A stretch of DNA of 64,000 nt from Abditibacterium sp. (GTDB lineage Bacteria > Armatimonadota > Abditibacteriia > Abditibacteriales > Abditibacteriaceae): the NCBI GenBank assembly GCA_965199495.1, contig CBDASK010000002.1, positions 1 through 64,000 of the forward strand, in the 5' to 3' direction. The translations under genes and the position numbers were made by a program. How positions within the stretch are numbered: the stretch's first letter is position 1; every line of letters starts with the position of its first letter. Below the pieces are notes generated by a model. The model saw only the letters and a program-made list of their open reading frames with translations, made no database searches and had not been told where the DNA came from. Below, piece by piece: positions 39,683 to 46,964 of this stretch.

Positions 39683-40146
39683 ACTTAATTTACGGGGATA
39701 TTTGGAGCGAAATCGGCAAGGCGGACATGATCTGTTTTACTGCCAATTCCACGCTCGACAAGCACGACGCTCTGATAATGGGCGCGGGGAGTGCGCTCGA
39801 ATGTAAGACGAGATGGCCCCATCTTGCACGCGAATTTGGATCGCTGATTTCAGACGACATCTACGGCAAGCGTTTTGGTTTCCTGGATGCTCGCGCAGAC
39901 GCTTCGACCATCATAGGCGCTTTTCAAACGAAATATCATTGGCGCGAAAAAGGCGATTTAGAGTTGATTGAACATTCGACCCATGTTCTCATCAATCACC
40001 TTGAAGCAGTTGTGATGATGGGCTACCAATGTCGCGTAGCAATGGTTTTCCCCGGAACGGGTTATGGCGGCTTAAATCGCGCAGACGTGCTGCCGATCAT
40101 TGCCAAGTTGCCGAGCAACGTTTGGGTCTACGAGAAACAAATTTGA
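39679..40146 (+). CDS. macro-domain (ADP-ribose processing) protein
   Basis: GDIW, TANS, MGAGSA, FQTKYHWR, PGTGYGGL. Confidence 0.85.
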   Translation: MNLIYGDIWSEIGKADMICFTANSTLDKHDALIMGAGSALECKTRWPHLAREFGSLISDDIYGKRFGFLDARADASTIIGAFQTKYHWREKGDLELIEHSTHVLINHLEAVVMMGYQCRVAMVFPGTGYGGLNRADVLPIIAKLPSNVWVYEKQI

Positions 40147-40156
40147 TTTACACACC

Positions 40157-40558
40157 ATGAATAAGGAAATCGAACAACTGTGCGCTCGACTTGCTGCGGC
40201 GTGGAACATTGATATTGACGATATTGGCTTAGAACTCAATAACGTGGGCGAAAGTTATCTCTGCAACATGGCGAACGAGCGATTGGGTTACGAACACATT
40301 CGCGGCGACATATCAGTTAGAGGCGAAGATTTCTGGGCAATCGTTTGTCACCACCGCCCTATTAGTTATTGGTTACTTTCAAGGCTGAGGCTGCCCGAAA
40401 ATAAAGATTTATCTTCGATAATTTATCGGTTCTATTTTTGGATGGGTGCCGACGTTCAATTTCTCGAAGACGCCGGAATAACAGTTCGCGCTCACGATAA
40501 ATTGGAATGGGCGTTACAGATGAGAGAGAAAGGCTTTACACTAAACGCCAATGGCTGA
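40157..40558 (+). CDS. hypothetical protein, paralog of 49742-50164
   Basis: Shared N-terminus and VRAHDKLEWA C-terminus. Confidence 0.7.
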   Translation: MNKEIEQLCARLAAAWNIDIDDIGLELNNVGESYLCNMANERLGYEHIRGDISVRGEDFWAIVCHHRPISYWLLSRLRLPENKDLSSIIYRFYFWMGADVQFLEDAGITVRAHDKLEWALQMREKGFTLNANG

Positions 40559-40763
40559 TTCAATTTCGACTGCCAAACCTAACCTACGCACCATGACTGA
40601 ATACCTTTCCACAATAAAGACAGAAGAACTCTTGGAAGAAATCAAAGACTCCATCACCGAAGCGTCGAAAGGCATGACGGATTCGGGCATTGTGAACCTC
40701 ATCGAGATCGTGATTACTTCTCTGCAAGACGAGAAAGAAGATTTTGAGCGAAACTTAGACTAA
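40551..40763 (+). CDS. hypothetical acidic protein
   Basis: Coupled ORF. Confidence 0.55.
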   Translation: MADSISTAKPNLRTMTEYLSTIKTEELLEEIKDSITEASKGMTDSGIVNLIEIVITSLQDEKEDFERNLD

Positions 40764-40825
40764 TGGCTGATTCCTTACGCAACGTTGGTTCCCTCGCGGC
40801 TGGCGCGGTCGGCTTTTATGTTTAG
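40763..40825 (+). pseudogene. orphaned 5' fragment of the tail-tip gene (MADSLRNVGSLAAGAVGF-YV-stop)
   Basis: Encodes the same first 18 aa as 41550-41603. Confidence 0.85.
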
Positions 40826-40834
40826 AATAAAGAT

Positions 40835-40863
40835 TTGCATTAGCAACACTTAGGAGCTAAACT
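40835..40863 (+). promoter_or_regulatory. promoter of the HNH gene, probably leaderless
   Basis: TTGCAT-17bp-TAAACT, with ATG 6 nt downstream. Confidence 0.55.
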
Positions 40864-40869
40864 GATGCT

Positions 40870-41544
40870 ATGGCAAATCCAAAATTTCCAAAAATGCCCG
40901 ACGATATGACCGTAGATGTTTGTCGCCGTTACCTTGCTGGCGAAAGCGCGAAGTCCATCGCCAAAACTATTCCTTACACTGACGTAACGGTTGTTCGAGT
41001 TCTTCGCCGCAACGGAATTGAAATTCGTCCTCACGGTGACACGAAATCTGCATCGAAGTTCTGTCCTGACTGCAAAAAGGGCGTGCCCATTTCTGAGTTT
41101 TACGGCGTCGAGCGTGGGCACGTTGACAATCGCTGCAAAACTTGCCGAAAAGCCTACGCAGCCAAGTGGAAAAAAGACAATCGAGAAAAGAGCTTGGGCT
41201 TGGCGCGAGATTACGCTCGTCGCAATAAAGATCGACAACTTGCAAATTCGCGCAAGAGGAACGCTGAAAATCCAGCTAAATTTCAAGCATCGAAGGCCAA
41301 AAAGAAAGCTCGTGATCTTGGAATTGAGGGGACTTTTACATGGCAGGAATTTGTTGCTCTTTGTGATAAATTCGGAAATGTTTGCCTCAGTTGTGGAGTT
41401 TCGGCCAAACTAACCGTTGACCATGTTATTCCGTTGAGTCAAAACGGCTGCACGAATGACATTGGTAACATCCAGCCTTTATGTCTTTCCTGCAATTCCA
41501 GCAAGGGAACCAAGACGATTGACTATCGGCCAAATGAAGATTAA
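40870..41544 (+). CDS. free-standing HNH endonuclease with HTH and Zn-finger
   Basis: CLSC...TVDHVIPLS...NDIGNIQPLCLSCNSSKG. Confidence 0.92.
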   Translation: MANPKFPKMPDDMTVDVCRRYLAGESAKSIAKTIPYTDVTVVRVLRRNGIEIRPHGDTKSASKFCPDCKKGVPISEFYGVERGHVDNRCKTCRKAYAAKWKKDNREKSLGLARDYARRNKDRQLANSRKRNAENPAKFQASKAKKKARDLGIEGTFTWQEFVALCDKFGNVCLSCGVSAKLTVDHVIPLSQNGCTNDIGNIQPLCLSCNSSKGTKTIDYRPNED

Positions 41545-41549
41545 TTGAT

Positions 41550-44156
41550 ATGGCAGATTCACTGAGAAACGTGGGGTCGCTGGCTGCGGGGGCGGTCGGT
41601 TTTGCCGTTTCTGGGCCGTTGGGCTTCGCTGTGGCCGAAGTTGCGTTCAACTTCTTGGTGCCGCCGAAGCCGCCAAAAACAGCCAAAGGTACGCGGACAC
41701 TGCAACAGGAAAAGAATACGGCGGTTGGCACGGCGATTTTTGAGGTTTATGGCAAATGGGAGCGCGAGGGCGGCGACCTGATTCGCTGCGCCAAAGACCG
41801 CGACGGCGTGCGTTCGGGCATTCTGGTGATTACCAAAGAAGAGAAGCAGGGCGGTTCGGGCGGTTCGGGATTAAGCACCGGCGCGCAAAAGGTCAGCAAA
41901 GACTACCAGTATTTACAGGCCTCATTCGCTCTGTGCGCTGGCCCTGCGCGCGTGGATCGCGTGATCGAAGTCAATGGCACCGATGGAGAGAAGGTCGTCT
42001 ATTTGCGCGACGACACTTACAATAATCGTGGCGCGTGGCGCGACAACACCGATTACGAAGTCGGCGATACCGTCACCAAAAATAACAAGCGGTATCTGTG
42101 CAAAGAAGCGCACCATTCCAGTTACGAGACAGACCCTGGTGACGACAGCGACGATAGTGACCCGACGAAAAACTGGCGCACTTACTGGACGCTAATTGGA
42201 GATAAGAACTCCCTGCTTGATTTTGTGCCGATTCGCAGCGCCCTCTCCGGCGAAGAAATCGGCCTGATGTCGGAGACCCTACGCCTTTATTACGGCACCG
42301 AAGAACAACCGACCGACAGCGCCGAAATGAGTTGGTATGACGACGGCGTTTCTGCCGACCGAGGCATTTGCAAGGCCGTGTTCAATAAATATGGGCCGTT
42401 GGAATCAGGCACGACGTTTAAGTTTCTGCTATCGGCGGGAACTGGCAATCGGCGCGAAATTATTCGTTCGCGGATGCAACGCGCTGGCGTTCCTGCATCT
42501 CGGATTGATTTGCGCTCGATTCCCGCCGATGCCGCCGACTATGGCTGGGCCGTCGAAGGGCGCGAAGCCGCGCGAACACTGTGCGAGAACGTCGCGGCAA
42601 TGGCCTTTCACGACTTGCATTTTCTGGCGACCGCGAGCGGAATGTGTTTTACCGATGTTTCGCAGTCTAATCCCACAGTTTTCGTGGTGCCGGATGCGCT
42701 GCTGGGCGCTTATTCCAATTCGGGCGGCGACGGCGCGCCGATCTCGACACTCAACGGCACCATCCAAAGCGGCGAAACCAAGCCGCGCGAACTGAGCGCC
42801 GATTTTGTCAATCTCAATCGCAACTACAAGGACGATAGCGTGGTGGCGCAGTGGCCTCAGGGTCAGGGCGAGCCGCAAAGCGTATCCTTCAAACTGGTTT
42901 CGGACGTGGAGCAGATGGGAGATTGGGTCGAAGTCGCCATGCGCGCGATTCAGGCCGTCAACGGAACTGGTGACGTGTCCCTGATGCCCGCTTTGTCACA
43001 GGTCGCCTGTGGCTGCGCGCTCGATTTGGGCGTTGAAACACAGGATAATCCCTTGGCTCGCAAACTGTTTCGCGTGGTGTCTCAGGCGATTGCTCCCGAT
43101 GGCGCTCTGGCTTGCACCCTGGCGCCCTACGACCCCTCGGTTTACGAGCCGGTGCCCCTTCATCCGGTGACGGTAGAGCCGCCGCCTCAGGTTTTTCTGT
43201 TTGGACTGCCGCGCGTTTTGATTTTGGATACGGCCAACGTCTCGGACGAAACCATTGATGATCCATACGCGCTGATGGTGGGCTACTGCAATGCCGATGA
43301 TAACTGGGGCGGCGCGACCGTCTCTTCGTCGTCGGGCGCCTTCGCTGACGTGGAACTCCCCTTTCGCGGAAAAATCGGCAAAACAGTGACGGCCTACAAT
43401 TATTCTCCCTTCGATACGGCGTATTTCGATTATCAAACCACGCTGCGAGTGAATCTTGATTACAGCGAACTGGTTTCTGCAAGCGAGGACGACGTGAGAA
43501 ATGGCGCCAACGTGCTTTATATCGGCGGCGCCTTTGTCGCGTTCGTGACGGCCACGCCTCTGGGCGGCGGTGTTTACGATCTCAAAGGGCTTTTGCCGGG
43601 ACTGCTGGGCACCGATTTTGTAGGAAATTTACCAGTCGGTTCACGAGTGGTCAAAATGACCGATCATACAGGCGCTTTGGAACCGAGCGTTACGCCAGTG
43701 AAGTGGACGCGCCGCTTCCTCAATCGTCAGGGCAACTACCGCGTTTACAGCGCGCGCGACACCACAATTTCTTCGGACGATATGACTTGCACGCTGACCG
43801 GCGAGAATCTGCGCGCGCTGTCGGTTTCGCCCTGGATTACGCGCGGCAGCGATGGAAACGGCGGGTATGAACTCAAGTTCTTTGGTCGCTCGCGTTATCA
43901 TGGCGTTGGAGAAGATTACTGGCAAGCGGGTTTTCCCGTCCGCCACGCCGACCCTCTTTCGTGGACGGTGCGCTTGAAGAGCGGGTCGGCAATTCTCGAT
44001 GAACGCGTCGTGAGTTCGCTCGACGCGGAAGTTTCGGTGAACTACACTCAAAGCGAACTGACCGCGATTTATGGCTCCGTGCCCGCCAAACTCAACGGAG
44101 AAGTTTTTCAAAACGGCACCTATGGAAGCGGGCGCGCGCGCCCCTTTAACCTCTAA
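41550..44156 (+). CDS. tail tip / host-specificity protein
   Basis: 868 aa after NlpC; ALCAGP, LYYGTEEQ, CBM-like WRDNTDYEVGDTV. Confidence 0.8.
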   Translation: MADSLRNVGSLAAGAVGFAVSGPLGFAVAEVAFNFLVPPKPPKTAKGTRTLQQEKNTAVGTAIFEVYGKWEREGGDLIRCAKDRDGVRSGILVITKEEKQGGSGGSGLSTGAQKVSKDYQYLQASFALCAGPARVDRVIEVNGTDGEKVVYLRDDTYNNRGAWRDNTDYEVGDTVTKNNKRYLCKEAHHSSYETDPGDDSDDSDPTKNWRTYWTLIGDKNSLLDFVPIRSALSGEEIGLMSETLRLYYGTEEQPTDSAEMSWYDDGVSADRGICKAVFNKYGPLESGTTFKFLLSAGTGNRREIIRSRMQRAGVPASRIDLRSIPADAADYGWAVEGREAARTLCENVAAMAFHDLHFLATASGMCFTDVSQSNPTVFVVPDALLGAYSNSGGDGAPISTLNGTIQSGETKPRELSADFVNLNRNYKDDSVVAQWPQGQGEPQSVSFKLVSDVEQMGDWVEVAMRAIQAVNGTGDVSLMPALSQVACGCALDLGVETQDNPLARKLFRVVSQAIAPDGALACTLAPYDPSVYEPVPLHPVTVEPPPQVFLFGLPRVLILDTANVSDETIDDPYALMVGYCNADDNWGGATVSSSSGAFADVELPFRGKIGKTVTAYNYSPFDTAYFDYQTTLRVNLDYSELVSASEDDVRNGANVLYIGGAFVAFVTATPLGGGVYDLKGLLPGLLGTDFVGNLPVGSRVVKMTDHTGALEPSVTPVKWTRRFLNRQGNYRVYSARDTTISSDDMTCTLTGENLRALSVSPWITRGSDGNGGYELKFFGRSRYHGVGEDYWQAGFPVRHADPLSWTVRLKSGSAILDERVVSSLDAEVSVNYTQSELTAIYGSVPAKLNGEVFQNGTYGSGRARPFNL

Positions 44157-44167
44157 GGATTCACACA

Positions 44168-44884
44168 ATGGCGACTTCTGACCCGCAACCTTACGCACCC
44201 GAACAAATTGGGCAACTGTCGGCTTCTGGCGATCCTCGCACCGAAGCCAATTATCTGTTCCGCATTATCAAGGCACTTCTGACAAACGGAATCGGCACCA
44301 GCAATGTTACGACTATTGTTGTGCCAAGCAATCGCCAGAGTTGGACGGACACTGGCATAAACCTTAACATCGCCGATGCCCTCACAATCGAAGCGACTGG
44401 CACTGTTTCGGAATCGTCCAGCATCCCACCTTACCTGATTCAGTCCAATGGTTTTTTGAGATTCCATGCCATTGTTGTATCCAACGGAGTTACGCCAAGC
44501 AACACTGTTATCGGCAATAGCTATGCGCTCAGTTCCGCGTTATCACGCCAGGTTGGGCGAGTCTGGGTCAGAGTTCACGACTACATCGCAACATCGGCTC
44601 AGTTTGGAGATTACTCGGACAATCAAGGCGAAGTCACCGCAACTCTAAACTATTACTCCAACGCCGCAAAAGCACCCGCTCCAACAGTTGTCCAGGTTTT
44701 ACAGTCCAACGTCGCGGGACTCAAAGAGGCACTGGCCCTTAAACTCAACGCCAATCAACCGATATTTTTCCCCAATGTGACAACTGAACCGGATACGCCA
44801 GTTGGCGGAGTCGTCTTTTATGCTCAGGACGGCGTTGCAAAAGTCAAGAACGCGGCAGGAACCGTGTTCACCATCGGAGGTTAA
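44168..44884 (+). CDS. tail fibre-like protein
   Basis: Gene order; WTDTGI...YSDNQG lectin-like segment. Confidence 0.55.
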   Translation: MATSDPQPYAPEQIGQLSASGDPRTEANYLFRIIKALLTNGIGTSNVTTIVVPSNRQSWTDTGINLNIADALTIEATGTVSESSSIPPYLIQSNGFLRFHAIVVSNGVTPSNTVIGNSYALSSALSRQVGRVWVRVHDYIATSAQFGDYSDNQGEVTATLNYYSNAAKAPAPTVVQVLQSNVAGLKEALALKLNANQPIFFPNVTTEPDTPVGGVVFYAQDGVAKVKNAAGTVFTIGG

Positions 44885-44886
44885 TT

Positions 44887-45462
44887 ATGCCCAACACAAT
44901 CATTCAAGTTTCAACTCAGGTCGAACTGAAAACTTTACCACCATCCCAGGACATGACGGTATTGCTCTTGGGCATTTCGGAAATTTACGATAATCGCGGC
45001 GGTTTGTATCGCTGGGACGCAGCAGCATCGGGCGCCGACGACACCGCGTTTATGAAAACTATCGGCTCCAACGTCACGGCAACTGGACGCTGGAAACGCG
45101 TTTTTCAAAACGTCACCACTTTGCCTCAAGGGGTTTTGCTTGTCAACGGTGGCATTAAAACTCTGTTTGCTTCCAGCCTGACCGTCGCGGGCGGACTGGG
45201 GACTGTTTTTAAAACACTGGAAAACACGGCAACAGGAACAGCGATCTTTAGCGAAATTTGGTCGGAGACAAGCCAGGTTTTGACGAGCGCTGCGACGCCG
45301 ATGGATGTTATTCAAAGCGGCATTAAAACGATGGATTTGAAGCAGTCAACTCACTTCTTCTATAAAGCCAACCCCATCACTCTGGCTCTCTCTGGCGTTG
45401 TTAATCCCATTGTGGCAGTGTCAGCGGGTGTTTCCGTCCGCTTTCGCGTTGAAGGAATTTAA
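44887..45462 (+). CDS. tail fibre/spike-associated protein
   Basis: DNRGGLYRWD...GRWKR tailspike N-terminal-type motif. Confidence 0.55.
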   Translation: MPNTIIQVSTQVELKTLPPSQDMTVLLLGISEIYDNRGGLYRWDAAASGADDTAFMKTIGSNVTATGRWKRVFQNVTTLPQGVLLVNGGIKTLFASSLTVAGGLGTVFKTLENTATGTAIFSEIWSETSQVLTSAATPMDVIQSGIKTMDLKQSTHFFYKANPITLALSGVVNPIVAVSAGVSVRFRVEGI

Positions 45463-45472
45463 AAATTAACCC

Positions 45473-45501
45473 TTGACAACCTCGATGGTTCCTCATAAAC
45501 T
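45473..45501 (+). promoter_or_regulatory. sigma70-like promoter
   Basis: TTGACA-17bp-TAAACT. Confidence 0.75.
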
Positions 45502-45509
45502 GAGGCATC

Positions 45510-45710
45510 ATGTTGAAGATTTGGAACTGCTTGCATTGCGGGCACCAATGGAGTTCTCGACTCGCACACCGACCGATTCGGTGCGCGTCGTGTCGCAATT
45601 CCGGTTGGTGGCGTCCGCGCCTTTTTGAGCGCGTCGAGCGTCCCTGTGGATTGCCGATGGCGCGCTTGTCGAACAACTCCACACCTCCACCTTCAGCTAA
45701 AACACCATGA
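45510..45710 (+). CDS. small zinc-ribbon protein
   Basis: CLHCGHQW...CASC. Confidence 0.6.
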   Translation: MLKIWNCLHCGHQWSSRLAHRPIRCASCRNSGWWRPRLFERVERPCGLPMARLSNNSTPPPSAKTP

Positions 45711-46897
45711 GCCAAAACAATCAACTCGCCGTTGTAGAAACGGCACCGCAACGCACTTGGGCCGAATTGCAAAATATCGGGCAAGTCATGTTTGAGAGTC
45801 GGATGTTCCCCGATCTCAAATCTGAGGCGCAAGCCATAACGAAAATTTTAGCGGGTAGCGAATACGGAATGCAGCCTTTCGAGGCTTTGCAAAACATCCA
45901 TATTATTCAGGGAAAAGCCACTTTGTCAGCGAACGCGATGGCGATGGCGATTAAAGCGTCTGCGAAATACGACTACCGCGTTTTGCGAATGGACGACGAA
46001 GCCGCCGAAGTTGAATTTTACGAATCCGGCGTTTCGCTGGGAATTTCGGCGTTCACGTTGGAAGATGCGCGCAAAGCGGGCACACAGAACATCCAAAAAT
46101 ACGCGCGTAATATGATGTTCGCGCGCGCGATTTCCAACGGTGTGCGCTGGTATGCCCCTGATGTGTTCAAAACGGCGGTTTATACGCCGGAAGAAATGGG
46201 TGCGGTTGTTGACGCCGAAGGCAGTGTTGTTTCTGCGCACGAAGAGCCGAAATCTCCACCTCGTGCAACGAAAGAAGGGCCAAGAAAGGCTGCCGTTGTC
46301 ACCGTCGAAGAGGAAGTCGAAACAGAAGTGGACGAGAGCGATCTCGATGTGTTCGACTTGCAGAGCAAGAGCATTGACGAACTCAACAAACGTTTCGAGG
46401 AAATCAAAGCATCTGGCGGCAAAGACAGTCCCGATGCCGCCGAATACAAAGAGGTCTTCTACCAAATTAAGTTGCGATTGGCGCGCGGCGAGAAGCCGAC
46501 TCCCAAAGCTGCTCCTACACCTGTCTCGGCGGTTAAAGATGTTCAACAGAAAGCGATTCAAGTCACGGAAGAAGAGGCCCAAGAAATCGAAGACATCTTC
46601 GGCTCAGGCAGTGGTGAACTCGTGGACGCCGAAATAGTCGAAATTCCCGCCGTCGAGATGATTCAGCCGGGGCAGAAACAGGCGATTATGGCGCGAGCGC
46701 GCAAGCTGTTTGGCAAGGAAGATTACCAGTCAAAACTTGCCGCCGAAATCGAGAGTAGTTACGGTTTCGTTTACGAGGCGGATTCTACCAAGCTCACGGT
46801 CGAAGAACTTACAGTGAAGCAAGCCAGCGACCTGATGATTAGCTTGCAAACGCGAATCACGGAAGCCGCCACTCCCAAAGAAGGCAGTGGCGAATAA
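45707..46897 (+). CDS. RecT/Redbeta-like single-strand annealing protein
   Basis: ILAGSEYGMQPFEALQNIHIIQGK, KYARNMMFARA, YTPEEM. Confidence 0.75.
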   Translation: MSQNNQLAVVETAPQRTWAELQNIGQVMFESRMFPDLKSEAQAITKILAGSEYGMQPFEALQNIHIIQGKATLSANAMAMAIKASAKYDYRVLRMDDEAAEVEFYESGVSLGISAFTLEDARKAGTQNIQKYARNMMFARAISNGVRWYAPDVFKTAVYTPEEMGAVVDAEGSVVSAHEEPKSPPRATKEGPRKAAVVTVEEEVETEVDESDLDVFDLQSKSIDELNKRFEEIKASGGKDSPDAAEYKEVFYQIKLRLARGEKPTPKAAPTPVSAVKDVQQKAIQVTEEEAQEIEDIFGSGSGELVDAEIVEIPAVEMIQPGQKQAIMARARKLFGKEDYQSKLAAEIESSYGFVYEADSTKLTVEELTVKQASDLMISLQTRITEAATPKEGSGE

Positions 46898-46964
46898 AAA
46901 GAAACGACAGCATAAAATGGCGCCGCCGCGAAAAGGGTGGCGCCATTTCTATTAAAGGCACAAC

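Noticed and set aside
40817..41549. Group I intron carrying the HNH gene
   Set aside because: Non-coding flanks are only about 50 nt and 5 nt, too short for a ribozyme core, and the duplicated gene start makes splicing unnecessary
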